A DNA stretch of 62,089 nt, counting the filler. It is 5 parts of 5 records of this genome, joined end to end, with 100 filler letters (N's around TTAATTAATTAA, not from the genome) between each part and the next. Parts side by side here need not be neighbours in the genome. Positions count along the whole stretch, not along the records: positions 13,150 to 40,853 come from SRR20825010_2102; positions 40,954 to 55,018 come from SRR20825010_2108; 3 more parts are not named here. One strand, given 5' to 3'. Every line of letters starts with the position of its first letter. Within the stretch, counting starts at the first letter, position 1. The notes below the pieces were generated by a model. The model had not been told where the DNA came from, made no database searches, and saw only the letters and a program-made list of their open reading frames with translations. Shown here one piece after another: positions 30,610 through 41,242 of the stretch. A program made the translations under genes and the position numbers.

Positions 30610-31809
30610 TCAGAATTCTTCCGTTGTTTCTTTGGAAGCACGTGTTCCAAGAGCGCCCCACAATCCATAGGGACTCGCCGAGCCGGGCACATTGTTTTGC
30701 CAAATGTTTTGTGCATTTGAATTGCCGGCTTCGATGGAATCAGTCACGAACCGAACGGCTCCATCACCCATCAAGACGTGAGCACCGCCTTGGTGCCGGC
30801 TGGAGACGGTTGCGACCAAGGTTGTCCCCAACGCGTTGTACGGACCACATGCTTCTCGGTTGGGAGGCAAGATCGTGAGGACGCCTGACATCAGCGGCAG
30901 GTAGTCGGCCCAGCGGTGGCCGCGAGCAAAGTTGCGTCGATTTTGTTGTTGGAATTCCGGCAGCCAGAATTGCGGCCGCTCAGGATCGACGTAGCCGCGG
31001 TCGGTGCAGATGTTGGGGTTTTGACGCAAGGCGGCGAGGCCAAAGGGACCCGAGTTGCCACCGTTGGTCGCGACGCTGTTGCCTCGCTTATCACCGTCTT
31101 GCAATGCCGTGATCATCTCGCCCATCGCGATGGTATTGGACAAACCGTCGAGCGTGTCACGGAACTTGGAAACTTGCAAAGGCATGAAGAATCCGCGGTG
31201 TGCATCGCGGGCCTGCCGTGCGCGACCGTTGGTGATTGTTGTCCGGTTGTTGTTGTAAGGTCCGTAGTGCAATTGCCAAATTGAATCACCCATGCACGCG
31301 CCATAGTTGGTCCGTCCCAACGCGGGCAAACCACGACCGGGATCACTCGGGCAGCGGAAGGTAGGGATCTCATTGACCCAAGGCATGTACTGAATTTGAT
31401 CTGGGGTCGGGCCCATCGCCGGCCACGGTGGCGACTGAACTGCGCCATCGGTGCGTTGAGTGCTGGGGTTGGAGATCTGTTCCCATAAACCTTGTTGTTC
31501 AATGTATGGCAACATCGGAACCAAGGCACTCAAACGCATGCGGTTGCCAGTGGTGGATGTTTTGTACCAGGCGTCCGGTGGCTCCGGGTTTGTTCCCGCA
31601 CCGTGTGTGGGCATTTGGTTGAAGGCGGAATGGTAATTGTGAATTGCCAATCCCATCTGTTTGAAGTTGTTGCTGCAACTCATTCGCCGTGCGGCTTCGC
31701 GGGCAGCTTGCACCGCGGGAAGAAGCAATCCGACGAGTACGCCGATGATTGCGATGACGACGAGGAGTTCAACCAATGTGAAACCACGTCGTTGCCTTGA
31801 GTACGTCAT
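30610..31809 (-). CDS. DUF1559 domain protein with prepilin-type N-terminal cleavage/methylation motif
   Basis: [48 protein letters not shown] and H-x9-DG. Confidence 0.96.
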   Translation of the reverse strand: MTYSRQRRGFTLVELLVVIAIIGVLVGLLLPAVQAAREAARRMSCSNNFKQMGLAIHNYHSAFNQMPTHGAGTNPEPPDAWYKTSTTGNRMRLSALVPMLPYIEQQGLWEQISNPSTQRTDGAVQSPPWPAMGPTPDQIQYMPWVNEIPTFRCPSDPGRGLPALGRTNYGACMGDSIWQLHYGPYNNNRTTITNGRARQARDAHRGFFMPLQVSKFRDTLDGLSNTIAMGEMITALQDGDKRGNSVATNGGNSGPFGLAALRQNPNICTDRGYVDPERPQFWLPEFQQQNRRNFARGHRWADYLPLMSGVLTILPPNREACGPYNALGTTLVATVSSRHQGGAHVLMGDGAVRFVTDSIEAGNSNAQNIWQNNVPGSASPYGLWGALGTRASKETTEEF

Positions 31810-31981
31810 AACGATCCCCTGTTTGAATACGCTCAATGAATAGCAGTCATCCAATTTCTGAACGACGAATAAGCATGGGGGAAAAAGCGAGGGGCTTGAT
31901 AAGACCGTGCAAACTTTCGTGTCTTCCATTGTTAGGTCGAATGACCTTCGACAGATGCCGATGACTGAGGACTCTTAATGA

Positions 31982-32045
31982 AAGCTATCGATAATCCAAC
32001 TGACAAACAATGAAGTTCCGCGGCCCTCTTATGTCCTTTTGCGAC
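31982..32045 (-). promoter_or_regulatory. Candidate promoter/operator of DUF1559
   Basis: Minus strand GTCGCAAAAGGACAT and GCCGCGGAACTTCAT at 21-bp period, abutting TTGTTT-17-TAGCTT. Confidence 0.45.
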
Positions 32046-32745
32046 TGGCTGCGGTGGGTTGTTGCGCGGTATGGGCAAGTAGCGTTGGTTTGGCCGCCGA
32101 TGCTTGCCGGGCAGGTTTCAGAATGAGCGTTTGTGGTGGTCTGCCAACTTGACGTCGTCGATCTCCGACATTGCACATTCAAAACACCAGTTGGTTGCGG
32201 TCTCTCTTCTTTGATTCGCACTCATGAAGATTGAATGGTCGAGGTGTTATGGGGCGACTCGTGACCGATAGAGTTGGACATCGCTTCGTTCGTTGTTGGC
32301 TCGTTGTTTTGATGTGGCGATTGAACAAAGAGCCGCATTGCCGGGCAAAACTCGTTGAGATTCACCTCGATTGCAACACAACGTCGCCAACTGGAACGTC
32401 AACAGTGGCGGGATGCACGCAGTTCTGCTCGCTGTCTTGCTTTTGTACGCCGCTCACTCGTTGCCGAGGTTGGTCAAGTACGCACGCAGAACGCATCGAT
32501 TCGCTTTGAGGCCAATTGCTATTTTGCGTGCTCAAACAGCGCGTGCTCATCGGTAGCGGGTGCTGATGCCGTTCGTCGCGAAAGTTTCTTTACAATGCGA
32601 CAGGGATATCGCGTAATCGTCGAGCGATTGCATTGACGTCATCTCGAGGGGCGGCTTCAATTTACGCACCATGAATGGACGCTGAACAAGTTTTGCATAG
32701 GCGGTTATGCAGGCGTAATGTCGGAAATGAACGAGCGTTGTACGA

Positions 32746-35700
32746 ATGACGGACCCGGATTCTCCTCTGATTGTTGGCGTGGGAGCGTCTGTGGCAGGCC
32801 AAGAAGCGTTCAGGTTGTTGGCGGAAGCGTCATCGCGAATTGTTTGGATCGCTGATTGCGATGGCAAGTTCATTGAAGATTCGCCCAGTTGGCGTGCTTT
32901 CACAGGCCAAACCATCGACCAGTTGGCGAGCACGCGTTGGCTCGACACTGTGCATCCCGAGGATCAGCGATCAGTGGCCGAGGCCCTGAAAGATTCGCGT
33001 CATGATGGCGGTGTATCCGTCGAGTTTCGACTGCGGCGGCATGATGGGGCGTTCACTGGTGTGCAAGTTCAGGGTGTGCCTCAGCGTCAACCGGGAGGCT
33101 CGATTGATTGCTGGGTATTGATGAGCTCCTCCATCGATGGCCCCGGAACGCATCAATCAAAACAGGCCAGTTTGTCGGAACCGGCCGGTCAGCCGAAAAC
33201 GGCTCGACAATCGGAAGCCGCTGAACGAGAGGCTCATCTGCGGCGCGTCATCAATCACCAACTTGGTTTGGTTGGCGTGATCGATCGAGATGGGATACTC
33301 GTTGAGGTCGATGACCGAAGTTTGGAAATCGCCAAAGTTGCTCGCCAAGATGTGATTGGAAAACACTTTGCCGAAGCGCCGTGGTGGACCTATGACCCGA
33401 GGGTTGCCGCCCGGGTGAGAGAGGCGATGCAGCGAGCGTTTGCCGGCGAAGTGGTTCGGTTCGACGTGTCGTTGTTTGCGTATGGGGATGACGGTGTCCG
33501 CATCGATTTCATGATCGCACCGGTGATCAACGACGAAGGCGAAGTCGAGTTCCTGATCCCTTCGGGGACCGACATCCGAGACCGCCATCGGGCGGAAGTC
33601 GAGCTGCGCAAAAGCGAGCGACTTGTTCGCACGATCGCTGAGAACTCGACGCAGGGTTTGGTGATGATGGATGCCACCGGTCATGTGATCTATTGCAACC
33701 AGGCGTTGCTTGATATGACTGGTTTCGATTCAGAAGAGATCCGATCGGCGCCGCTTCACGATTTGATTCACCATCACTATCCCGATGGGCGTCCATATCC
33801 GATGTCAGAGTGTCCGATTGACCGGGCACTTCCGGAGGACTTTTCCGTTCGCGCCCATGAAGATCTGTTCTTTCGAAAAGATGGCAGTTCGTTTTCCGTT
33901 GTATGTGCGGCGAGTCCGATCTTTGAGGATGGCAAACCTGTCTCGACGGTGATCGAGGTTCGCGACACAACGGTTCAGAAGGCTCACGAAGTCGAACTCA
34001 AACGTGCTGCTGCTCGGCTGGACAAGTCGTTGGCGTTCGCTGGCATTGCCGCGTGGGGTTGGGACCATAGCGAACAGCGTCTGATTCTCGACGTGCCGCT
34101 CAGGCGGATGTGGGGTTTCGACGACGAGAAAGAAGTCACACTCGATGACTTTGCTGAGCGAATCACACCGAACCATCGCGATCGGGTGGTTGCATCGATC
34201 ACCAATGCGATGAAGACCTTCTCGAGTTATCGGGAAGAGTACACGATTGATTTGCCGTCTGGGAATCAACGCTGGATTCGCGCGATCGGACAAGTGGTTG
34301 CCGACGGGAACGGAGGCATCGCGGACTTCTTCGGTGTCACGATGGACGTGACTGCTGATCTGCGACGGCAAGTCAAAGCACGAGTTCGTTCGGAGTTGTT
34401 GGAACAACTCAGCGAGTTGACAGACCCGGAAGCGATCATGCAACTGGCGACGCAGCGGATTCGAAAACACTTTTCCGCATCACGTTGCTACTTGGCTTAC
34501 ATCCGACTGGACGCTCAGACCACGGAAGTGTTCCACGAGTCGCACGACGAACATCTATCGCCAATCGTCGGGACTCATCAAATCAGAGACTTTCTGAACG
34601 ACCATGAGATGCGAGAAATCGAATCGGGCAAACCGGTCCGAATCGATGACATCAGCCAATCGGGTCGAAGCTTGGAAAAGGTTCAGCAATTTGCGGACCT
34701 GGGAATCGCGGCGGTGACCCAGGGTTCCTTCGAAGCGACGAAGGTTTTGCATCGAACGTTGTTCATCACCAAAGACAAACCGTATCGATGGCGTGACGAT
34801 GAGGTTCGTTTCTTAGACAACCTGACCGAGATGGTTTACCTACGCATCGAGCGAGCCGAATCGCAGCTCGAACTCGAACAAGCCCGCGCGGTTGCCGAAG
34901 CGGCGAGCCAATCCAAGAGTGCATTCGTCGCGAACATGTCGCACGAGATTCGCACACCGATGACGGCGATCTTGGGTTATGCCGATTTGGTTCGGGACAT
35001 GATCGAGGACCCGCAAGCCATTGAGCATTTGGAGACGATCCGGCGGAACGGCGACTACCTTCTCGAAATCATCAACGACATATTGGATTTGTCGAAGATC
35101 GAAGCCGGCAAATTAGAAGTCAATCACGAAAAGTTCGAGCCCGCCCGTTTGATCGAAGACGTCCGCAGCATCATGGAGGTGCGTGCGAAAGAAGGTGGGC
35201 TTTCGTTGGACGTTCAGTACATCGGTTTGCTGCCCAAAACGATCGAATCCGATGGGAAGCGATTGAAGCAGATCCTGATCAACTTGGTCGGCAATGCGAT
35301 CAAGTTCACGCAGAAAGGCTGGGTGCAAATCCGAGTTCGATTCAACAAGTTGTTGCACATCGACATCGTCGACACTGGCATTGGGATGAGCGACGAACAA
35401 CAGAAACGTTTGTTCAAACCGTTCTCGCAAGGTGATGCCAGTGTGACGCGGACCTTTGGAGGAACCGGTTTGGGGTTGGCGATCAGCAAACGGCTGACCG
35501 AGATGCTTGGCGGAACGATCATTGCCAGCAGCACGGAAGGCGTTGGCAGCACATTCACCGTGTCGGTCGCGGTCGGTGATTTGGCCGATGTCGCGATGGT
35601 AGACTATTCGCACACATTTGATGCCGATCACGACGAAACATCGTCCAAATACGCCGATGGATCTTCGGGAACTGGCGTCAACCGGTTGGCGGGCGTTGAG

Positions 35701-36114
35701 AAACCGTTACGTTGCCATGTGCTGGTTGTCGACGACCGCCATGACATCCGTTTCCTCAGCCGAGCGTTGCTGACCAAAGCCGGGGCAACGGTTGACGAGT
35801 GCGAGGACGGACAACTCGCGGTTGATTACATGACGGACCGGCTGAACAATGGCGACTGTCCGGATTTGATTCTTCTGGACATGCAAATGCCCAACCTGGA
35901 TGGATACGAAACCGCTCGGACGCTTCGTAGGTTGGGTTACTCAGGATGGATCATTGCGCTCACCGCCGATGCCATGCAGGGTGACATGAACGAATGCTTG
36001 GAAGCGGGATGCAACGACTATCTTTCAAAACCGATCGACGCGAATCGAATGATTGGATTGATCGCCCAATTCACACAGTCGAATTCAGACGCGGTTGAAC
36101 GCAAAGGCAATTGA
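32746..36114 (+). CDS. Multi-PAS/GAF hybrid histidine kinase-response regulator
   Basis: Several PAS domains, GAF, H-box [30 protein letters not shown] and C-terminal REC (LLDMQMP). Confidence 0.93.
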   Translation: MTDPDSPLIVGVGASVAGQEAFRLLAEASSRIVWIADCDGKFIEDSPSWRAFTGQTIDQLASTRWLDTVHPEDQRSVAEALKDSRHDGGVSVEFRLRRHDGAFTGVQVQGVPQRQPGGSIDCWVLMSSSIDGPGTHQSKQASLSEPAGQPKTARQSEAAEREAHLRRVINHQLGLVGVIDRDGILVEVDDRSLEIAKVARQDVIGKHFAEAPWWTYDPRVAARVREAMQRAFAGEVVRFDVSLFAYGDDGVRIDFMIAPVINDEGEVEFLIPSGTDIRDRHRAEVELRKSERLVRTIAENSTQGLVMMDATGHVIYCNQALLDMTGFDSEEIRSAPLHDLIHHHYPDGRPYPMSECPIDRALPEDFSVRAHEDLFFRKDGSSFSVVCAASPIFEDGKPVSTVIEVRDTTVQKAHEVELKRAAARLDKSLAFAGIAAWGWDHSEQRLILDVPLRRMWGFDDEKEVTLDDFAERITPNHRDRVVASITNAMKTFSSYREEYTIDLPSGNQRWIRAIGQVVADGNGGIADFFGVTMDVTADLRRQVKARVRSELLEQLSELTDPEAIMQLATQRIRKHFSASRCYLAYIRLDAQTTEVFHESHDEHLSPIVGTHQIRDFLNDHEMREIESGKPVRIDDISQSGRSLEKVQQFADLGIAAVTQGSFEATKVLHRTLFITKDKPYRWRDDEVRFLDNLTEMVYLRIERAESQLELEQARAVAEAASQSKSAFVANMSHEIRTPMTAILGYADLVRDMIEDPQAIEHLETIRRNGDYLLEIINDILDLSKIEAGKLEVNHEKFEPARLIEDVRSIMEVRAKEGGLSLDVQYIGLLPKTIESDGKRLKQILINLVGNAIKFTQKGWVQIRVRFNKLLHIDIVDTGIGMSDEQQKRLFKPFSQGDASVTRTFGGTGLGLAISKRLTEMLGGTIIASSTEGVGSTFTVSVAVGDLADVAMVDYSHTFDADHDETSSKYADGSSGTGVNRLAGVEKPLRCHVLVVDDRHDIRFLSRALLTKAGATVDECEDGQLAVDYMTDRLNNGDCPDLILLDMQMPNLDGYETARTLRRLGYSGWIIALTADAMQGDMNECLEAGCNDYLSKPIDANRMIGLIAQFTQSNSDAVERKGN

Positions 36115-36118
36115 CGAC

Positions 36119-37630
36119 ATGACGATGCACAACCCGCTACCGAAAATCAGCACCGGCAATCCGCCACTGGATGATATCCTGCACGGCGGACTGACCGCGG
36201 ATCGGTTGTACCTTGTCGAAGGAATGCCAGGCACCGGCAAGACGACACTCGCATTGCAGTTTCTGCTGGAAGGTATTCGTAACGGAGAAACCGGTCTGTA
36301 TGTCACGCTCTCGGAAACCAAGCAGGAGCTGGAGGGTGTCGCGACGTCGCATGGTTGGTCTCTCGATAACATTGACATCTACGAATTGATCGATACCAAG
36401 GCGACCGAAGATTCGCGTTTGCAGTACACGATGTTCGAGCCTTCCGAAATCGAACTCAGCACCACGGTCGACGGTGTCTTGGAACGCGTCAAAGAGTTGC
36501 AGCCCACTCGGGTCGTTTTTGACTCACTGTCCGAGATGCGTTTGTTGTCGCAAGGTTCATTGCGATACCGCCGACAAATTCTTGCCCTCAAGCAATTCTT
36601 TGTTGGCCGAGGTTGCACGGTCCTTTTGCTGGACGACTATTCCGGGCTGGACGATCAACATTTGCAAAGCATCGCTCATGGAGTCATTCGGCTGGAACAT
36701 CTGTTGTCGGACTACGGTGGCGAAAGGCGTCGGCTGCGGATCTTGAAACATCGCGGTACCAGCTTCATCGGCGGTGCTCATGACCTGAGGATCGTTCGTG
36801 GTGGATTGAAAGTCTTTCCGCGAGAAGCATCCGACCAACCCACCGAGACCGTCGAAACGCACTTGGTGGATAGCGGTAACAAAGAATTTGATGAGTTGCT
36901 CGGTGGCGGATTGAACGCGGGAACCAGTGCGTTGTTGCTAGGACCTGCCGGCGTTGGAAAATCATCCATGGCGTTGCAATTCGCGATTGCGGCGGCCGAT
37001 CGAAATGAACGAGCGGTGTTGTTTCAGTTCGAGGAAAGCACGCAGTCGTTGTTTGTTCGTGCCAAAGGACTCGGGTTCAATCTGCAACAGCGTGTCGACG
37101 AGGGGTTGATCCAAATCATCAACTTGATTCCCGGCGAAATCACCCCCAGTGAGTTTGCTTGTTTGGTACGCGACTCGGTTCAACCCGATAAACAAGGCCG
37201 CCGGGTCGGTATCGTTGCGATTGACAGCGTCAATGGTTACTTGAATGCGATGCCTCACGAGAAGTTTCTCATCATCCAAATGCATGAGATGCTTCAGTAC
37301 CTCGGTAAACGAGGCATTCTCACGTTGGTCGTCGTCGCACAACACGGCATGCTGGGTCAAACGATGGGAACGCCGGTCGACACCAGTTACTTGGCCGATT
37401 CCGTGGTGCTGTTTCGCTATTTCGAAGCGGAAGGACAAATTCGGCAAGCGATCTCGGTCATCAAGAAACGCACTGGGCGGCATGAACGCACGATTCGGGA
37501 ATTCAAACTCAGTGATCAGGGTGTCGAGATTGGGCCTCCGCTGACAAAGTTCCGTGGCATTCTGACGGGGGTTCCTGAGTTCAAAGGCGAAAACGATTCG
37601 TTGATCGACAGGGAAGGTCGGCCGAGCTGA
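36119..37630 (+). CDS. KaiC-like double-domain ATPase (RAD55/KaiC family)
   Basis: Two Walker A motifs ([16 protein letters not shown]), VFDSL/IDSV Walker B, C-terminal FRGILTGVP. Confidence 0.9.
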   Translation: MTMHNPLPKISTGNPPLDDILHGGLTADRLYLVEGMPGTGKTTLALQFLLEGIRNGETGLYVTLSETKQELEGVATSHGWSLDNIDIYELIDTKATEDSRLQYTMFEPSEIELSTTVDGVLERVKELQPTRVVFDSLSEMRLLSQGSLRYRRQILALKQFFVGRGCTVLLLDDYSGLDDQHLQSIAHGVIRLEHLLSDYGGERRRLRILKHRGTSFIGGAHDLRIVRGGLKVFPREASDQPTETVETHLVDSGNKEFDELLGGGLNAGTSALLLGPAGVGKSSMALQFAIAAADRNERAVLFQFEESTQSLFVRAKGLGFNLQQRVDEGLIQIINLIPGEITPSEFACLVRDSVQPDKQGRRVGIVAIDSVNGYLNAMPHEKFLIIQMHEMLQYLGKRGILTLVVVAQHGMLGQTMGTPVDTSYLADSVVLFRYFEAEGQIRQAISVIKKRTGRHERTIREFKLSDQGVEIGPPLTKFRGILTGVPEFKGENDSLIDREGRPS

Positions 37631-40491
37631 TGGAGTCTTTACGAAAAGCAGCGATTGAGGACGAGTTGGGTAAACCAACTCCTGATCAAGACGGCAACAA
37701 TCAACGAGTCGTCGCGTTTGCGCCAACGCAGCAGGACGCCAAGCTGTGTGCCAAGATTCTGGCGGAGAACGACGTTGCGGTTTGTTGCTGCGAAACGATC
37801 GAGGGATTCGCCGACACAATCCTTGAAGGGGCCGGTATCGCATTGATCGCTCAGGAACACCTGACCGATGCGGCCATCGCGTATTTGAAAACATCGCTTG
37901 ATCGACAACCCAAGTGGTCCGAGGTGCCGATTCTGGTGCTTCTTCAAGCCGGTGATCCCGATTCAAAACTATTGAAACGAGTTCTCTCGCTGGAACACGT
38001 CACGTTGATCAATCGTCCGTTGCGGATCGCGGTCTTCATCAACACGGTACGGGCCAAATTGCGAGACCGCATGCGGCAGTTCGAAGTGCGAGATTTGCTG
38101 CTGGAAAAAGATCGAGCTCAGACGAGTCTTCGCCGAGAAGCTCGCCGATTGGACATGGCGATTCAGGCTGGCGGCATGGCGGCTTGGGAATGGAGCAAGA
38201 CGCACGTCTATTGGTCCGAAGCTTTTCGTCGTTTGCATGGGTTCGGAAAAAACGTCCAGCCGAGTGAGTCGGCCATGTTCGGATCGATTGTGGAATCGGA
38301 ACGCGAACAGATCGCGAATCACTGGTCCGATGCGATCGAGCAGAACGCTCCTTTCCGAAGTGAGTTTCGAATCAATCACCCCAAACTTGGCGAGCGATGG
38401 TTGGTGGCCGTCGGAGAGCCAGTCAAGGGGAAGTCCGGCAAGACGCTTCGTTACACGGGATTGCAGTGGGACATCACCGAACGCAAAACCGCCGAGATGG
38501 AACTGCGTCAGTCACATGAAACGTTTCAGCGATTGATCACTGACAACCCGCAAGGTTTGTACGTTGTCGATGCAGATTTTCGAATGCGTTACGTCAGTGC
38601 CGGAGCACGGAACGTGTTTATCAATGTGAATCCATTGATCGGCAGACCGTTTGAAGACGTCATGCGAACGATCTGGCCCAATGAGTTCGCCGAGGAAGCG
38701 ATTCGAGTGTTTCGTCACACGCTCGAAACCGGTGAGCCCTACGTTGCGCCACCGTTGGTGGAACAGCGAGTCGATACCAACGATACCGAAGCCTACGATT
38801 GGTCGATCGAGCGAATCGTGTTGCCGGACAACCGTCATGGTGTGGTTTGTCATTTCTACAACAACACGCAACGTCAGCTGTCGGTGGATCTGCTTCGCGA
38901 AAGTGAGCGGTACTTTCGTGAGATTGCGGATGCGTCGCCCGCGATGCTATGGGTGACCGACGAGAACCACATGTGCACGTTTCTGTCCAAAAACTGGTAC
39001 GACACGACCGGCCAGACTCAAGAAGAGGGCATGGGACTGGGATGGACAAATGCGACTCATCCCGACGACCACGCACGTGTCGGCGAGGAATTCTTGACCG
39101 CCGCGAACGCTCGCCAGGCGGTCCTGTCGGAGTACCGATTGCGAATGGCCGATGGGACCTACCGATGGGCTGTCGATGTGGGGCGGCCTCGATTCGATTC
39201 TGATGGTGTCTTTGTCGGCTACACCGGATACGTCATCGACGTGGATGATCGAAAGGCGTTTGAGCAGTCGCTCGAACAAGCCAAGGTGATTGCGGAGAAT
39301 GCGAACCGATCGCGAGGCGAATTTCTGGCCAACATGTCGCACGAGATTCGAACTCCGATGGCGGCCATTCTCGGCCACGCGGATATTCTGAAGGATCACT
39401 TGAGGGATCCCGACAACATTCAGGTGGTCGAAACGATCCGCCGGAACGGGAACTTCTTGTTGAACATCATCAACGACATCTTGGATCTGTCCAAGATTGA
39501 TTCGGGCAAGATGCAGCTGGAAACCGATCGAGTTCGGCCCGATGGTTTGCTGGCGGAGGTCCGCTCGTTGATGGATGTCCGAGCGTCTGAAAAGCATCTG
39601 CCACTGAAGATCGAATTTGACGGTCCGATCCCGGATCTGATCGAAACCGATGCGGTTCGACTGCGGCAAATCCTTTTGAACTTGGTCGGCAACGCGATCA
39701 AATTCACGGACTCAGGTGAAGTCAAAATTCTGGTGGGCTATGACGGCCCCGGGAAGCGTGCTGCAGAGATTGATCAATCAGATCCATCGAAGTTGCAATC
39801 GCCGGTCGCGGGCACTTGCCGATTGATCTTTCAAATTGTCGACACCGGAATCGGAATCAAGCCGGAAGATCAAGCGTCGTTGTTTGAACCGTTTGTGCAA
39901 GCGGACAGCACATCGACGCGATCCTTTGGTGGGACCGGATTGGGACTGGCAATCTGTCGCCGGCTAGCACACGCGTTGGGCGGGGATGTCTCGGTCGAAA
40001 GCACCTATGGCAAGGGCAGCAAGTTCACTTTGACGATCGAAGCGGTATCGTCGGGACGGCTGGTGGAACCTAACTTGTTGATCGATGTTTCGGCTGAAAA
40101 GATCAAAGAGGAAATTCGACTCTCCGCCAATATCTTGGTGGTCGATGACCGGCGCGATATCCGCTATCTCGCTCAGCATTTCATCGAGAAAGCCGGCGGG
40201 ACAGTTGTCACAGCCACCAACGGTCAAGAAGCCATCGACACGATTTTTGCCGAGCCGAAAACCGAGATCGACTTGATCGTGATGGACATGCAGATGCCGG
40301 TCTTAGACGGGTACGATGCCACGGCCGAGCTGCGTCGTCGTGGTTGTGAACTGCCCGTCATTGCATTGACCGCAAATGCGATGAAGAGTGATCGTGACGA
40401 ATGCTTGGCAGCCGGCTGCACTGACTACACCACCAAGCCACTCGACAGTCAAAAACTGATTGCGATGATCGATCGGTTGCTGAAGTCGTAG
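37630..40491 (+). CDS. Hybrid histidine kinase with N-terminal degenerate receiver, PAS domains and C-terminal REC
   Basis: TGATG overlap with the KaiC-like gene; [21 protein letters not shown] and VMDMQMP. Confidence 0.93.
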   Translation: MESLRKAAIEDELGKPTPDQDGNNQRVVAFAPTQQDAKLCAKILAENDVAVCCCETIEGFADTILEGAGIALIAQEHLTDAAIAYLKTSLDRQPKWSEVPILVLLQAGDPDSKLLKRVLSLEHVTLINRPLRIAVFINTVRAKLRDRMRQFEVRDLLLEKDRAQTSLRREARRLDMAIQAGGMAAWEWSKTHVYWSEAFRRLHGFGKNVQPSESAMFGSIVESEREQIANHWSDAIEQNAPFRSEFRINHPKLGERWLVAVGEPVKGKSGKTLRYTGLQWDITERKTAEMELRQSHETFQRLITDNPQGLYVVDADFRMRYVSAGARNVFINVNPLIGRPFEDVMRTIWPNEFAEEAIRVFRHTLETGEPYVAPPLVEQRVDTNDTEAYDWSIERIVLPDNRHGVVCHFYNNTQRQLSVDLLRESERYFREIADASPAMLWVTDENHMCTFLSKNWYDTTGQTQEEGMGLGWTNATHPDDHARVGEEFLTAANARQAVLSEYRLRMADGTYRWAVDVGRPRFDSDGVFVGYTGYVIDVDDRKAFEQSLEQAKVIAENANRSRGEFLANMSHEIRTPMAAILGHADILKDHLRDPDNIQVVETIRRNGNFLLNIINDILDLSKIDSGKMQLETDRVRPDGLLAEVRSLMDVRASEKHLPLKIEFDGPIPDLIETDAVRLRQILLNLVGNAIKFTDSGEVKILVGYDGPGKRAAEIDQSDPSKLQSPVAGTCRLIFQIVDTGIGIKPEDQASLFEPFVQADSTSTRSFGGTGLGLAICRRLAHALGGDVSVESTYGKGSKFTLTIEAVSSGRLVEPNLLIDVSAEKIKEEIRLSANILVVDDRRDIRYLAQHFIEKAGGTVVTATNGQEAIDTIFAEPKTEIDLIVMDMQMPVLDGYDATAELRRRGCELPVIALTANAMKSDRDECLAAGCTDYTTKPLDSQKLIAMIDRLLKS

Positions 40492-40649
40492 CATCTGCTT
40501 CGTTGAACGGGGCGGTTCGACCAAAGCCAATCCTGCTCAAGAGACAAAATCTCGCGACGGCTTGGGCTTTGCTATCTAACCGAGCAGAGATCGAGAGGAT
40601 GCAACTCAAACGAGAGCATCTAGAAGAACATCCATGACGATGCGATCGC

Positions 40650-40776
40650 GTAGTCGACTGAGGCCCTCAGTCGACAAAAAAAGCGATGCCCATGTTGATG
40701 GCCGTTCAGTCGGCCTCGATTCCAGAGGATCTGGTTGATCGAGGAGTTGGGCCGACTCAAAGCCTGAGTCGGCTAC
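40650..40776. repeat. Inverted GTAG-REP doublet (REPIN-like)
   Basis: GTAGTCGACTGAGGCCCTCAGTCGAC (+, 40650-40675) and GTAGCCGACTCAGGCTTTGAGTCGGC (-, 40776-40751). Confidence 0.7.
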
Positions 40777-40853
40777 CGGGCTGTTGATTTAGTCATATAC
40801 CGAATGAAAACAATGAGCCGTTGGGCGTTAGCCGAATGGCACTTACTTCACCC

Positions 40854-40953
40854 NNNNNNNNNNNNNNNNNNNNNNNNNNNNNNNNNNNNNNNNNNNNTTA
40901 ATTAATTAANNNNNNNNNNNNNNNNNNNNNNNNNNNNNNNNNNNNNNNNNNNN
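40854..40953. other. Artificial contig spacer
   Basis: N-run with TTAATTAATTAA. Confidence 0.99.
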
Positions 40954-41215
40954 AGTGCGCCACCTGGCAGGCCACCATGTTGACCTCGTCAGAATAGGTG
41001 ACCGCGATCAGCATGTCCGCGTCCCGGGTCCCCGCTCCCTCGAGGATGGACGGCAGGGAAGCCAGTCCATGCACACCGCGCACATCAAGGGTTTCCGTGA
41101 TCTTGCGAACCAGGGCAGCGTCCTGGTCGATGACCGTCACGTCGTTATTCTCGCCCGCGAGATGCTGAGCAATGCTGGTACCGACTTGACCGGCCCCGCA
41201 GATGACGACTTTCAT
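40954..41215 (-). CDS. trkA: Trk potassium transporter NAD-binding subunit, N-terminal part (truncated)
   Basis: MKVVICGAGQVG...ADMLIAVTYSDEVNMVACQVA; follows ntrX. Confidence 0.92.
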
Positions 41216-41242
41216 GCCGTGATCCTGTCCTGAAGAGGGTGT

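Noticed and set aside
32050..32745. Possible small genes or ncRNA in the long intergenic region
   Set aside because: Short ORFs lack motifs or clear SD, and I could not identify a convincing structure
36119..37630. A circadian clock
   Set aside because: No kaiA or kaiB nearby and SY instead of ST phosphosites; only a KaiC-like ATPase is supported
13021..40853. Planctomycete block appearing as a genomic island inserted at tRNA-Gly
   Set aside because: The junction is a linker; there is no integrase or att duplication, and the contig simply ends in a tRNA
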